This document shows, piece after piece, positions 1 through 11,479 of a stretch of DNA of 64,000 nt. A program made the translations under genes and the position numbers. The stretch spans positions 26,474,001-26,538,000 of the forward strand of contig OZ116702.1 of assembly GCA_964199315.1 (NCBI GenBank), given 5' to 3'. This stretch comes from Orbicella franksi (taxonomy: Eukaryota). The first letter of the stretch is position 1, and each line of letters starts with the position of its first letter. The notes beneath the pieces are model-generated. The model searched no databases and was not told where the DNA came from. It saw only the letters and a program-made list of their open reading frames with translations.

Positions 1-102
1 TTTGTCAACATGAATTATGTCTAGGTCAGTTTCATTTCCACAACATCTACCATATGTATTTCAGTAGGAGTTTGCCTGAAGTGTCAAAGTTACTTGACTT
101 AC

Positions 103-3100
103 CTGTTGGTATGCTGGGGTCGCTGGGGCCACTGGAGCCGCTGGGGCGGCTGGGGCGGCAGCCATTTGGGTCTGGGCCATCAAGTTGGGGTCACAGCAGC
201 AGCAGTCCTGACTCATTGAGCACTGCTGCGTACAAGGGTCCATGCAGTTGCCCTGACAAGGGGTCATATCTTGGCTGGTGTCATTGCTATAGTTATAAGT
301 CCAGTTGTAGCCATTAAAGGACAAATCAATTGCGTTATAGTTTGGTGGTGGACTCTGGGCTTGCGGTGCTGCAAGGTACAGGAAGCGATTATTTTCATGG
401 GGTCGCATTGGTGACAGACGACAAAGGATACAACATCTTCGATCGTCGTGAATGAGAAAATGAATACATTTTTTTTTAATGTTTTGGCACTTGTTTTAAT
501 TTTTCTTTGATCTCCAAAAATCAAACATGTGTGATTGATGACGACGACGACGATGATCAAGATAATGACTGGATTGGATGATGACGACACCGTTGTACAA
601 CATTGACGTCATAAGAAAAATATAAAACCTAGTCATGATGTATCTCGTTGGCAATCACAAAAATAGTCAAGACTACATTGACTCACCTTGTGCCTGTGTG
701 TTGTAGGGGGCTGGCGGTGAACTCGCTGGATGCTTGCTGGCGTCTGACACATGCGGATGATGGTGATGATGATGATGATGATGCTTGTGATGCAGAACAC
801 GGTGGTGGTATTTCTTCCAGTGTGGCTTCTTGGCGTGTTTGTGATGGAATTTTTTTGCTTTCGGCTTCTTTTTTGCATCAACTGGTGTTACAATGTAAGG
901 GATTTTAAAGTTCACAAGAAAAGAGCCATCTTTGTTCTTTTTAGGTTTGTTCTCTTCGTCCTGATTCGTTAACACTTTTTTGGCACCGAGGTGGAGAAGT
1001 GACATTTCTGTATTGAGGAAAAAGTACAAGAAAATTGATATTGTTTGCGCATTGTTCTCTGAATCAAGATTCAATCGCGTGTCTGGCTGGCTTGTGGGGT
1101 TCTTAGGCAAGACGCTTTACTCTCACAGTGCCTCCCTCCACATGCACGCAACTGTGTGAATTTTTTTCTGGCAGATTGTAGGGATAGGTTTACAATATTT
1201 AAGCAATAGACCACAAGTTTTTATGGTTTATAGGCTGATAGACCACTCAAAGAATTTGTAAATCACTCGCCTGCGGCTCGTGATTTACGAATTCTTTGAG
1301 TTTTCTTCCACCATCCCGCTTATCAGCCTATAAACCATAAAAACTTGTGGCCTATTGCTTTTATATAATAATTCAGAAGACACGCGAAATTTCCGAGTTT
1401 ACTGGCAAAATAAGCCATAGCTGATTGACCAATCAGAGCGGGCGCATTCATTTAATTATTATATAAACGGAATTAACCTGTAATGGACTGGTACTAATCC
1501 AGGGGGAATAACGATGTGCTTTGCCAGGTATTGCTGCGGACACTAGGTTAGGATTCAGACTGGGGCATCTGGTCCACAAATACTGAGTAATCTATAAAAT
1601 TTGCTAAATTTATCTTCTGGAAGCTGCACTTGTGAATATTACTTAAGCAGGTCAAAATCTTGAATGGATTAGATGCAATTCTCTCACCCGGTATTCACTT
1701 GATACTTGCTTCTTTAGGGGACATCATTACTGAAAAAATTTACAGGTTTGAATTGACTTTGAAAGGGAAGCTTGTGGGGGAAACTACGAAATGTTTCTTG
1801 AATAAAAATAAGAGCAGTTTAGGTGTTATACGGTGATAGTATACGGTTTGATAATGATACGAAACTGAAGAGTTCGCCTCCTATACGTATTTCCTGAGTT
1901 ACCTTTTTGTTTGTCCGACTGGATATTTGCTGCTCTTTGATCTGCATGATGACCTGTTAAAGGTAAGGCAAACTGAATGAAAGAAGTTCCATCTTCACAA
2001 GCGTGCATAGACCTTGGATCGTTTCACTGGCTTTGCAATACCCCCAAGCGATTATAAAAGGCTCCTTCTCTGTCCTCAAGACCTAAAGATCATTCCACTG
2101 AAATAGAGCCTGCACTGAGATTTTTGTCAAACTTTGCCTATTGACTGTTTATATTGTAGGAACTTAAATTTGGAGATAAAAATGAGGGGTCCCCATGTTC
2201 GTCAAGGAGCAACAGCATCTTGTCTATACCATATAAATCCTTACAATAGCACCATGATTATTGTCACGATTGCTTGGTAAATTAACGTTTCCGACGATTG
2301 TTTCTTGCTCAACACTGAGAATTGGCCCATATTTATTTTACATAGAGAAATTTATTACTCAATTCAACACAACAGAAAAAAAATGATAGGTCACCTTACT
2401 CATTTTCGAGAAAATGACGATTCACCTCCATGGCGAGGTCCAGCGGCAAAGAAAAAGCCGCCATTTTTAATGCGCGCGCGCTAATCACGCGTGAAATTAT
2501 GCGCAGTAGGGATGCGCAATGTAATAGGGGAATGGGGAATGACCTTAAAAGCATGACACAGTACGTGAAACGGATGATGCTACAGCAATTCAAGGTTACT
2601 ACCTGATCAATGCACTATCAAAAATGGTTAGATTATGATTAATCCATTTTTATTTCAGTTAATAACATTGCTCTTTTTCGTTTTATGATGTAATCTATTT
2701 CTGTAGCCATTTCACTCTTTAATCCACTGCCGGCTTTACCCTGGCAGCACAATGCCCGCACCTCTATATTTGTGCACAGCCAAGAAACGTTCATTCTTAA
2801 TTTTTTAAGGAGTGAAATAATATTAATCTAGGAATTGTCATTTATTTTCGTGCATCCAGAAGTAAAACTGTGCAGAGTCTTGAGTCTTACCAACTGCGTC
2901 GTTTAGAAAATCTGTAACTTCCTTCGCAGCGTCATTAACCTTTTTGCCTACAGAAAGGGAGAAAGGACAGACATAATATAATTGTCCTTGCCTATCAGTT
3001 ATATTTAACTGGATAAATGATCCCACATAGAAGAGGGTTGCATGGCCGCTATAAATCTGGCTGCGGTTGTCCGAATGAGGATTAAACTGGTACAGTGCTT

Positions 3101-5906
3101 GAGTCAATATGTAGTTCAATGAATATGAATTATAATTATTTTATTTATATGTGTTCTTGAAGTCATACTGGAACATTAAAGTTGCTGCGGTTGCAAAGGT
3201 GGCATGGAGAGTCTTTCAATCCTGGATAAATGCAAAGCGGTTTTGAAATACCACACTGTGCAAGGCCTTTAACTAAACGTGCCAGGGTCTCGGGTATTCC
3301 GAAATGGTTTAGTTTTACTTTTTCCATGAAGAATGTACAAGTAACATACTTACCTATTTTCGCATCTAACAACTTAAGGACAGCTCTCCCTGCCTCCTGT
3401 TCTACTGTGTGGAAATCTACGTTGTTTCTTTTAGTACCTGGCACAACTGAACGAGAAACATGATAGGGATGCAGGTGTTAGTTTCTCACTGGTTTGAAAC
3501 TTTCCACACCGGCGAGAATAGAATTAAGAATAAATTTAAGATGAATTTAAGATTAATCTCAAAAAAAAAAAAAAAAAAAGAAAAGCTAAACATCATGAAA
3601 CGAGACAATAATGTTTCCTGGCATAGAGGTCCTGTTCATGCACCGCTGACCTATCTTACAGGAGATACATATTAATATGCAAAAAGGTTTTATAATCCAT
3701 CTCGTTTAACTAAATTCTTATTTAACCACAGAAGAGACAAACAACAAAATGTAGCAATCAGAACACGAAGCAGAAACAAGAAATCTGCGGTGAAGAGCGC
3801 GAGAAAACACACGCAAGGGGAGGTTATGATCACACGCAAGGCCAAAACTGGTTTTGAGGGCAATTTTCTGGGTGATGATTTTTTTTCCCACCTTCAGATT
3901 GTGCATGATTTATTTTTGGTGGACAAAAGTTTCTGCCAGATTTTTTTCTAACAGCAAATTAAAAGAGCACTTTGCTCGATTTTTTGTCCCATGGCTGCCC
4001 TTGCACAATTTTTTTTGGCCGATTTTGCTGTGCAGGATTTTTTGGGGGTAATTGCCCAAACCCCCTCCCCTCCAAAACATAATGGTCCGTCCCTTGGTTG
4101 TTTGCTAGCGCTTGTTGCATAAGTTCAGCGAACGAAAAACCAATTGGTGTCAACAGCAAATGATTATGAAACATTTCTGATCAATTGCGAAGACGGTTAA
4201 TCTAGAAGACTGTTTTTGTCTCTTAAGCCGCAAGCGAACTCTTCTCGATTAATCGATCGTAACACTTAAAAGTTGTTGGGATAATTGCGCCAAGAAGGAC
4301 GACAATGTAATGGATTTACTTATAATCACAGCATGGCTAACTATCTACACTTTAACAGCGGGTCCTCGGTGCTTAACCTCGTTAACGGTCGTCTCTCACT
4401 TCACACTACGACCATGCAGTAGATGGTTTACTAAGTTTGAATAAGCTTGAACTCAATCCCAGTAAATGTAAAGCCCTAGTCCTATCGAACAAACACTCTC
4501 TTAATTTGAAATTCACCATCAATGGTATTCAAATTCCATGTGTTGATCACCTTGAGCTTTTGGGTGTTGTTATTGATAACTCTCTACTCTTTGACAAACA
4601 TGTAACTAAGATCACTAAGAAAGTAGGAAAGCAACTGGATGTTTTATGTAGGTTTAAAAAGATGCTCTCTTCTCCAACAAAATTATGCCTGTATAATTCA
4701 TTCATCATGTCCTATTTTACGTGCTGCTTCACCGTCTGGCACAGTTGTCTGAGATCTGACAGTCAAAAGCTCCATAAACTAAATGAGAGAGCTCTAAGGT
4801 ACATTTATAGTAGCCGATCGCCTACAAATGCTGGGGAATTAACTGAAAGAACTGGCTACACTCTAGCTGATCGACGTATACAAGATATGTTAATCTTAGC
4901 TTTTAAAGCTGTCAACAACCTTCTTCCTACATATTTAAGTGACTTGTTTACTATTCGTGAGAACATTAAGAATCTAAGGGGCACCAACAAGCTTGTCATC
5001 CCTAAAGTTAACGCCACCCGTTATGGGACTAAGTCCGTGGCATACACTGCTTCAAAAGCTTGGAATTCACTTCCGGATACACTACGTTGTATGAAGACAC
5101 TAAAAGATTTTAAGATTGCGGTTAGATCTGTTGGAAATTTACATATGTAAACTAGTCTTAGCTATTATATATTTATATCTTGTAATTTTTTAATTCCAAT
5201 TTTCTTTCGTTTAAAGTTGTTTTTCTCGGTAAATTAGCATAATCTTGCTAGAGGCCTAATCAGCCTCATCAACCCGAGTTGAAATAAAGTTATCTATCCA
5301 TCTACCATAATTCTTCTCGCCAAAATACGTTTGAATCGGGTTCCTGTCATAAAATTTGAAATTACATGACAAGATGACTGCAGGGCAAAAAGAGTAAATC
5401 AAAAACAAATACGATGCACGTGAAGTTCTCGATAAGGGCTTGCCACCGACATTTCTGTCAAGAACACCATGAGCTCATGACATGGGATGATGTGTGCTTT
5501 GAGACTACAATAAAGATTGCTCAGTCCATCTTGTTCATTCATCTTCGCCCTTTTCTCAGAAAACACCAAGGTATATTTCAAGGTACAATGAGAAACAACG
5601 CCTCCAGCCGTCGTATCCACAGTTCACGCCGGGTACGTTTGAATTGCCCCATTGACCCACAGGTGAAATGACTGCGTGCGTGCAAGCTTGTATTTTTTTA
5701 TGGCCCTGAAAGAAGTAAGCCCAGGTTCCCTTTTACCAGTCAAACCACATGGTGGGATAGCTTAAAAGAACATTATTTATCGTACCTTTTAAGTGTCTCA
5801 AAGCTTTTCCTTTTTCGTCTATAAAATCAGAGTCATCTCCATGAGTAGTCAGTGCAAAAGTCGAGGAACACAGCGCAACCAGGAAGCACTGAAAGAGTCC
5901 TCTCAT
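103..5906 (-). CDS. Gene A: secreted His/Lys-rich protein with a divergent cnidarian CRD (3' partial, continues beyond left edge)
   Basis: Six exons join in frame with GT-AG sites: 5906-5786 (signal [18 protein letters not shown]...), 3446-3354 (VPGTKR|NNVDF), 2947-2891, 1953-1903, 1007-687 (His-rich) and 368-103 ([22 protein letters not shown]). All internal introns are phase 1. The last donor CAG|GTAAGT at 103/102 is phase 0. 909 nt = 303 aa within the window. Confidence 0.75.
1201..1360. mobile_element. Palindromic MITE-like repeat (intronic)
   Basis: 40-bp inverted repeats at 1201-1240 and 1321-1360 (1 mismatch), with an inner inverted pair ctcaaagaatttgtaaatcac / gtgatttacgaattctttgag. 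Confidence 0.75.
4437..5307 (+). mobile_element. 5'-truncated LINE (CR1/L2-like) fragment, C-terminal end of RT ORF, antisense in gene A intron 1
   Basis: ORF 4437-5150 (LNPSKCKAL...[32 protein letters not shown]...WNSLP) is typical of the C-terminus of a non-LTR RT ORF. It ends with AATAAAG plus a tatctatccatct-type tail near 5283-5305. Confidence 0.85.
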
Positions 5907-7191
5907 CCTTGGCCCTGTTGCTTTGTAAACGAAACGAGGAAGGGGCAATATATTCTTTTCGCCGGCTACAAAAGACTAAACACTTTGTGTGGTTTAAACA
6001 ATCATGTCAGAAATATATTTTAGATTTTTTTACGCGATTAAACAAAGACGAGTTGATGGCTCCACCACAAAGGACATTTGCATGAATAATTAACTGACAA
6101 ATTTTGCTCCGAGATACCAGCTATGTTGCTGTGCGGTGTTGACCAATCAGAACCCATGAATGACTCAGAAAAAGCAAACTTGCTAGTGAATAAGTAAATT
6201 ATTGACCGTGGTCAATTCTCGTGTCTTGTATCCCAACGCCAACGAATGAACGAAGCTATCCCCTTTTGGCAAAAGAGTTTATTTTCCGCAAGATTGTAAT
6301 CTCAATTAAATGAATTGGGTAGTCTTTTCAAACCTTTGATGGGTAGGAGAGATTTTGACAGAAAAAGAAAGCATTTAATGCCTCTTCAGTTTGTGATACG
6401 TCCTCACAGAAACTAAATTGGAACTGTTTCTTTTAAACCACATATTGATAAGTTCATTTGAGCGACATTGGAATTATACTTAACAAATCTAACGTTGCAA
6501 AAAATAACGTTTCGAGCAATTTCTTGGGGTTGTATCATGGACGTGAACTATACTGGTACCGGCCAACATGAGTTTGCTTTTGCGATGTCTTCATATGACC
6601 TGCCTGCACACCTAAAATCTCCTTGACACCAGATAACTGCAATTCCTCTTGAATATTAAGAGCTGATCATTTCAACGATATCGAAGCAGGAATTGGTATT
6701 GTTGAACTGAAGTTTAATAGGGGCTCTGTAACCGGCCACGTGGCGGAAATTGTATCGTTAAGTTCCTTAATTTCAATATGGATTTGAGCCTCTGTTAAAA
6801 ACTTTTTGTAACATGTGGGGAGATCGATTAACACACAGGCTAATCATAAGCAAACCTTTGTTAAATTATCCCGTTTTAGTGCCTTACTTTACACCATTAC
6901 GAGTTTCTCCAATCAAGTATTTCACTAGTGCAGTTGGCCCAAACTGCATAAAGTTACCAGTACGCATGCCCCATCCGTTCCAGTTCACCAGGTCACTAAT
7001 ACTCTTGGCAAGTGTTAGCGCGAAAATGAAAGTTTCACTCACAGTGTGAAAATATTCCGCTGGTAATTAAGTTTGTAACACCCGGGCTAACCGTGCGCAA
7101 ACCTCTGTTTAGTAATGCCCTTTAAGTATTTTACACTTCACCATTACAATTTTATTCAATCAAATATTTCACCAGAGTAAGTTTCGTTTGC

Positions 7192-7710
7192 CTAGCCTGC
7201 AGAGCAGGCGAGATTTTTTCGAGCGAGCGCTCACATCGTAAAAAGTTTAGCCGCCATCTTGAATATTTCATGCAGTGGAAGACTGGGGAGAGAAAGAAAG
7301 TTTTACCAAGGGCGTAAATGATAGGCAAGAGGAAGGATAGGGGAGGGGGTGGAGCGAAGAAAATCTCGCCTGCCCGAGGTCATTGTTCTTTTAGGAAACT
7401 CCGTTCGCCCACGAACGGAGTTTCTGATTGGTGCGGTTTGACCCTGCCTGTCAATTGTCTGTCAGTCAGTTTCGTTTCGTTCGCGCGGGTAAGAAACATG
7501 GCGAACTCTGTCGAAAGTGATGTTGTTAGTTTCGATTCCGCTCTCGAGGAATCTCTCAAGGGTTTATGTGAACTTGGAATGTCTCGCGAATTACGAACGG
7601 AGGAAAAAGACGCAATTTCCACACTGGTATCCGGAAAAGATCTGTTGGCAGTGCTACCCACTGGCTTTTGGAAAAGCTTAATATTTACGTATAAAAATGG
7701 GGTTGACTAG
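7192..7710 (+). mobile_element. DNA transposon remnant carrying a RecQ-like helicase fragment (Academ-like)
   Basis: Starts TAGCCTGCAGAGCAGGCG. The frame encodes EEKDAISTLVSGKDLLAVLPTGFWKSLIF, an SF2/RecQ motif I (PTGxGKS) with the Gly mutated, and is truncated after it. Confidence 0.55.
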
Positions 7711-9215
7711 CCTACACAACTTCTACGGTTCGTGACATTTGTGCATTTGCCGTTCTCTGTTCGGTCACTCGACCTTTCTTGTCGCTTCACTCGTGTTCAT
7801 GAAGGGCACTTCATGTTGTGTAATAAGGAGGAATTTTAAGCGGAGTTGAGCCGTTAGATCGTGCTATGGCAAATTTTTATAGGTCATAGGTCTGCATGGT
7901 TTGCGCTGTTATCTGCATGTCGACTCGTCGAGTTTGACACCTCTGTAATTTACCATGTGTTTATACATTGTTTAGGCTCATTTCTATTGCAAGATATGCT
8001 TTTAAGTCTCCATGAATTTGCTTTTGAGGGACAAAATATGAAATTTACCGTGAACATGTTGCTTACTTGCATTCTATATTGTGACGCCGGGCTCGGCTGT
8101 GATTAGAACTGTTGGCAAGCACAGTAGGTAGATCCTTATCACGGACTCGGATATCATATTTGTTCTCGTACGATTTCCTTTGGAGACGCCGTAGCTTTAC
8201 TTTGAGAAAGCTATACGTTTGTCTAGAGACATTCTTATGTTTCTTACAGCTATATGATCGAGCTTATGTTTCTCTTGCTCGATGTATAGGCTTATTCCTC
8301 CTTTGGTTGTTCTGGCACCACATGATTCAAATGTAGCTGTTTACGCGCAAGTCCTGTTGACTGTTTTGAGTGTTTTATATGCCATTGTTCGGCTTAGTTC
8401 AGGCAAGACCATGGTTTCGATCCTCCATGTGGATCTCATCAGTTGCCGGTATTTCTAAAATACTCTGTACGTCTGAAGTTGCTAGCGCAACACCTACCTC
8501 TGTGAGAATGCAAGACATCCTGCGGCTTGGCACAAACTTTTCGCGGTGTGTATCCTTGTGAGACTTCCGGTGTCAGGAGGTGTTTCGCATTTTAACGGGC
8601 TTTTCGGGCAGGCGTCTTCTCATTTTTCCCCTCTCCCATCCCCCACCGTCTAACATGGCGGTCTAAACCGGCGGTCGCAAGGTTGTAACGCTAACTCGCA
8701 CTATCACTTCCACTTCGCCTTCGTCTTCGTCTTCGTCTTCGACGCTTATTTTTACACAAGCTTCATCACTGCTACGCGTTTGAATGGTTTGGTAGTGGCA
8801 TTCAAAGGTTAGAAAAGCGTTCGAACTGGAACTGAACGATTCCGCCGCGGGAATCCAACGCCCTAACCATTGGGCTACCGCGTCGCAGAACCTAAGCAAA
8901 CACAGCAGTTACTAAATAAACAAATGCAACCATACACCCATAAGGAGATTTGAGATGAGATTAGAGTTTTCGGTGCATTAAGTGCGATTTCCAAGTTGTA
9001 ATTACTGATGACGGTGTTTTGGTGAACCCTGAGACACTTGAAAACATTGGATGATATGAGCGATAAAACGTTTTCTTGTAAGACTGAAAATCGTTATCGT
9101 GTTCTCTCGGGGGTAACGCCTCTCTTTACATAATTAGCATCTGTTGTAAGGCCGAAACATGCAAAGTGGTCTCTTAAAACAGATTTAAAACACCTGAAAA
9201 TTTCAATCTAACTTC

Positions 9216-9914
9216 AAAGTGGTCGGGGCCACCTAGCAGAGGTGCTTGCGTAGTAAAGGTTCCAACTAGATTGATTTGACAAGTTAAAGTTTGGTATTTA
9301 ATGTGAGAAAGTGGTCGTTGTCGGGGAGATGGTCGCACAGGGTCGCTCAGGGAAGTAGGAGTGTATTAGGCACATTACTTTCACAAAAGCCATTTTAAGT
9401 CAACTAGAAAATAGGCTGTACTTTGAAGAACGTAAAGTTGGGGCCACCGTAAAGTGGTCGGGGCCACCTAGCAGAGGTGCTTGCTTAGTAAAGGTTCCAA
9501 CTAGATTGATTTGACAAGTTAAAGTTTGGTATTTAATGTGAGAAAGTGGTCGTTGTCGGGGAGATGGTCGCACAGGGTCGCTCAGGGAAGTAGGAGTGTA
9601 TTAGGCACATTACTTTCACAAAAGCCATTTTAAGTCAACTAGGAAATAGGCTGCACTTTGAAGAACGTAAAGTTGGGGCCACCGTAAAGTGGTCGGGGCC
9701 ACCTAGCAGAGGTGCTTGCTTAGTAAAGGTTCCAACTAGATTGATTTGACAAGTTAAAGTTTGGTATTTAATGTGAGAAAGTGGTCGTTGTCGGGGAGAT
9801 GGTCGCACAGGGTCGCTCAGGAAAGTAGGAGTGTATTAGGCACATTACTTTCACAAAAGCCATTTTAAGTCAACTAGGAAATAGGCTGTACTTTGAAGAA
9901 CGTAAAGTTGGGGC
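9216..9914. repeat. Tandem repeat, 3 x 235 bp
   Basis: Unit starts aaagtggtcggggccacctagcagagg at 9216, 9451 and 9686. The copies differ by only a few substitutions. Confidence 0.95.
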
Positions 9915-10281
9915 GTTTACAATGGTGACCACTTGCTAAAAAGAAATTTGATTGTTTATTCAACTATCGAAACAGAGAATATGCTCGAAACAAGAAGACA
10001 AATATGACAACCATCGAAACTAATGTGCGGGTAAATTATAAATGTCCTTCCTAGCTGTCCTTCGTCTCTCACTCCTAAAAACTTCTACACTGGAGCAGAA
10101 TAAACACCAGTGGCGTGGAAACTGTTGTTCGATGAAATGTCCCTTCAGTTGTCACGAGAGAGGCGAACGTCTCAATCTCATATTCTTATAACTATAAACA
10201 CATTTATAGCTTGCTTCCATTTGGATTGACTTTAGTTCACTTTAAGTGGGACTTCAACCTCTGTGTTTTTATTTGGAAATG

Positions 10282-10835
10282 CTAGTGACACATTGCAATG
10301 CCTGACAATAGCGCCCTCGTCTTGCGGCTGCGGTGGTGATGAATCACGGACTTCTTTCTACGACAGCACTGTGCTGGGCAAGGTGGAGCACAGTTTGTTG
10401 CGTAGCAACTCTGATCACATGACGCGGGTGGCGACTGCGGAATGACTGCGGGTTGAGCGTAACCAGCTGGGGGTTGGTACCCCGGCTGGGGTCCCATGGG
10501 GGGATATACCGGCTGGGGTCCCATAGGGGGAAATGGCTGGGGTGCCAATGGAGGTTGTGCTCCCATACAGCAGCTAGGTAGATAGGATGGGGCACATGTG
10601 TCCGGGCACGGGCCTGCCCCTGATCCCACTGGTGGGGTAGGGGGCGGAATGAGGACGTCCGCGCAACAGGTTTCACTGCACGATGGGGCACATCCAATCG
10701 GATCTTTGCATCTGGCGGGATCACAGTATCGAGGCTGGGGACAAGGGTTGTATGCAGCTGGAGGTCCCGGGTGTGGGTGACCTCCCAGAGGACCTACAAC
10801 CTTATATGGCAGTTTGGGTTGCTCTTGTGGTACTT
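10282..10835 (-). CDS. Gene B alternative last exon (isoform 2, 264 aa): second tri-CRD exon
   Basis: Strong polypyrimidine acceptor TAG|AA at 10836/10835 in phase 1, compatible with the donor at 12265. Encodes three CRD-like blocks, a stop at 10282 and AATAAA at 10268-10273. I found no signal exon or good donor between 10836 and 11480. Confidence 0.7.
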
Positions 10836-11479
10836 CTATAGAGAAAAGAGAAAGGAAAAGATTAGCTTGCAGCTCTGACAACAACATGACTTTAGACGTA
10901 GTTATTGGATTTTGATTACTTTTTTACCGCCAAACAATGTCTCATCGCAAGAGATTGCACAATTGCCTATTAGAATTTGAGGTCGAAGTTGAAAATCCAC
11001 GGAAGCTTAAGAACATCAAGGCTTCCGATCTTTAACCCGGTGGTAAAATAAAAAGAGCCAACACTGACATGTTTCAGTTCGAGTCGCGCTTTCTCTTCTT
11101 ATGCCTATCGGTTGTTGTCAAATATGCAAGCTTAGAGAACCAAGCCAGAAGTTAAAGATAGGAAGCCTTTTAAGTAGCAAGGGAGTCATTAAGCAGTTGA
11201 GAATTCCTAAGAGACGCGTTTCAAAATGTCATAGTCGCCGCAAATTTATTCCTTCAAATCACTTATAAAATCAATCTTTTATGACCACAAACCACAAATC
11301 ACGCTAAATTTGGTTTACATTTTGTTTGAAAAATTCTAAATTATCAAAAGTCAAATATCAATATGACTGTAGCATCCTTAGGACGAAGTAGAAATATGGG
11401 GTACGTTTCCTTGGCCGCAAGGAGTGGTACCCTTGTTCTATTTACAGCTGAACGTGTTGTCTAGGAAGTTTCAAAGGTG

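Noticed and set aside
2426-2464. aaaATGGCGGC start with a donor ([13 protein letters not shown]|gtgaat) inside a gene A intron
   Set aside because: No phase-compatible continuation or signal peptide; probably a transposon-end motif or chance.
9216-9914. CRISPR-like appearance of the 235-bp and 17-bp (45539-45670) arrays
   Set aside because: No unique spacers, no cas genes, and a spliced eukaryotic context.
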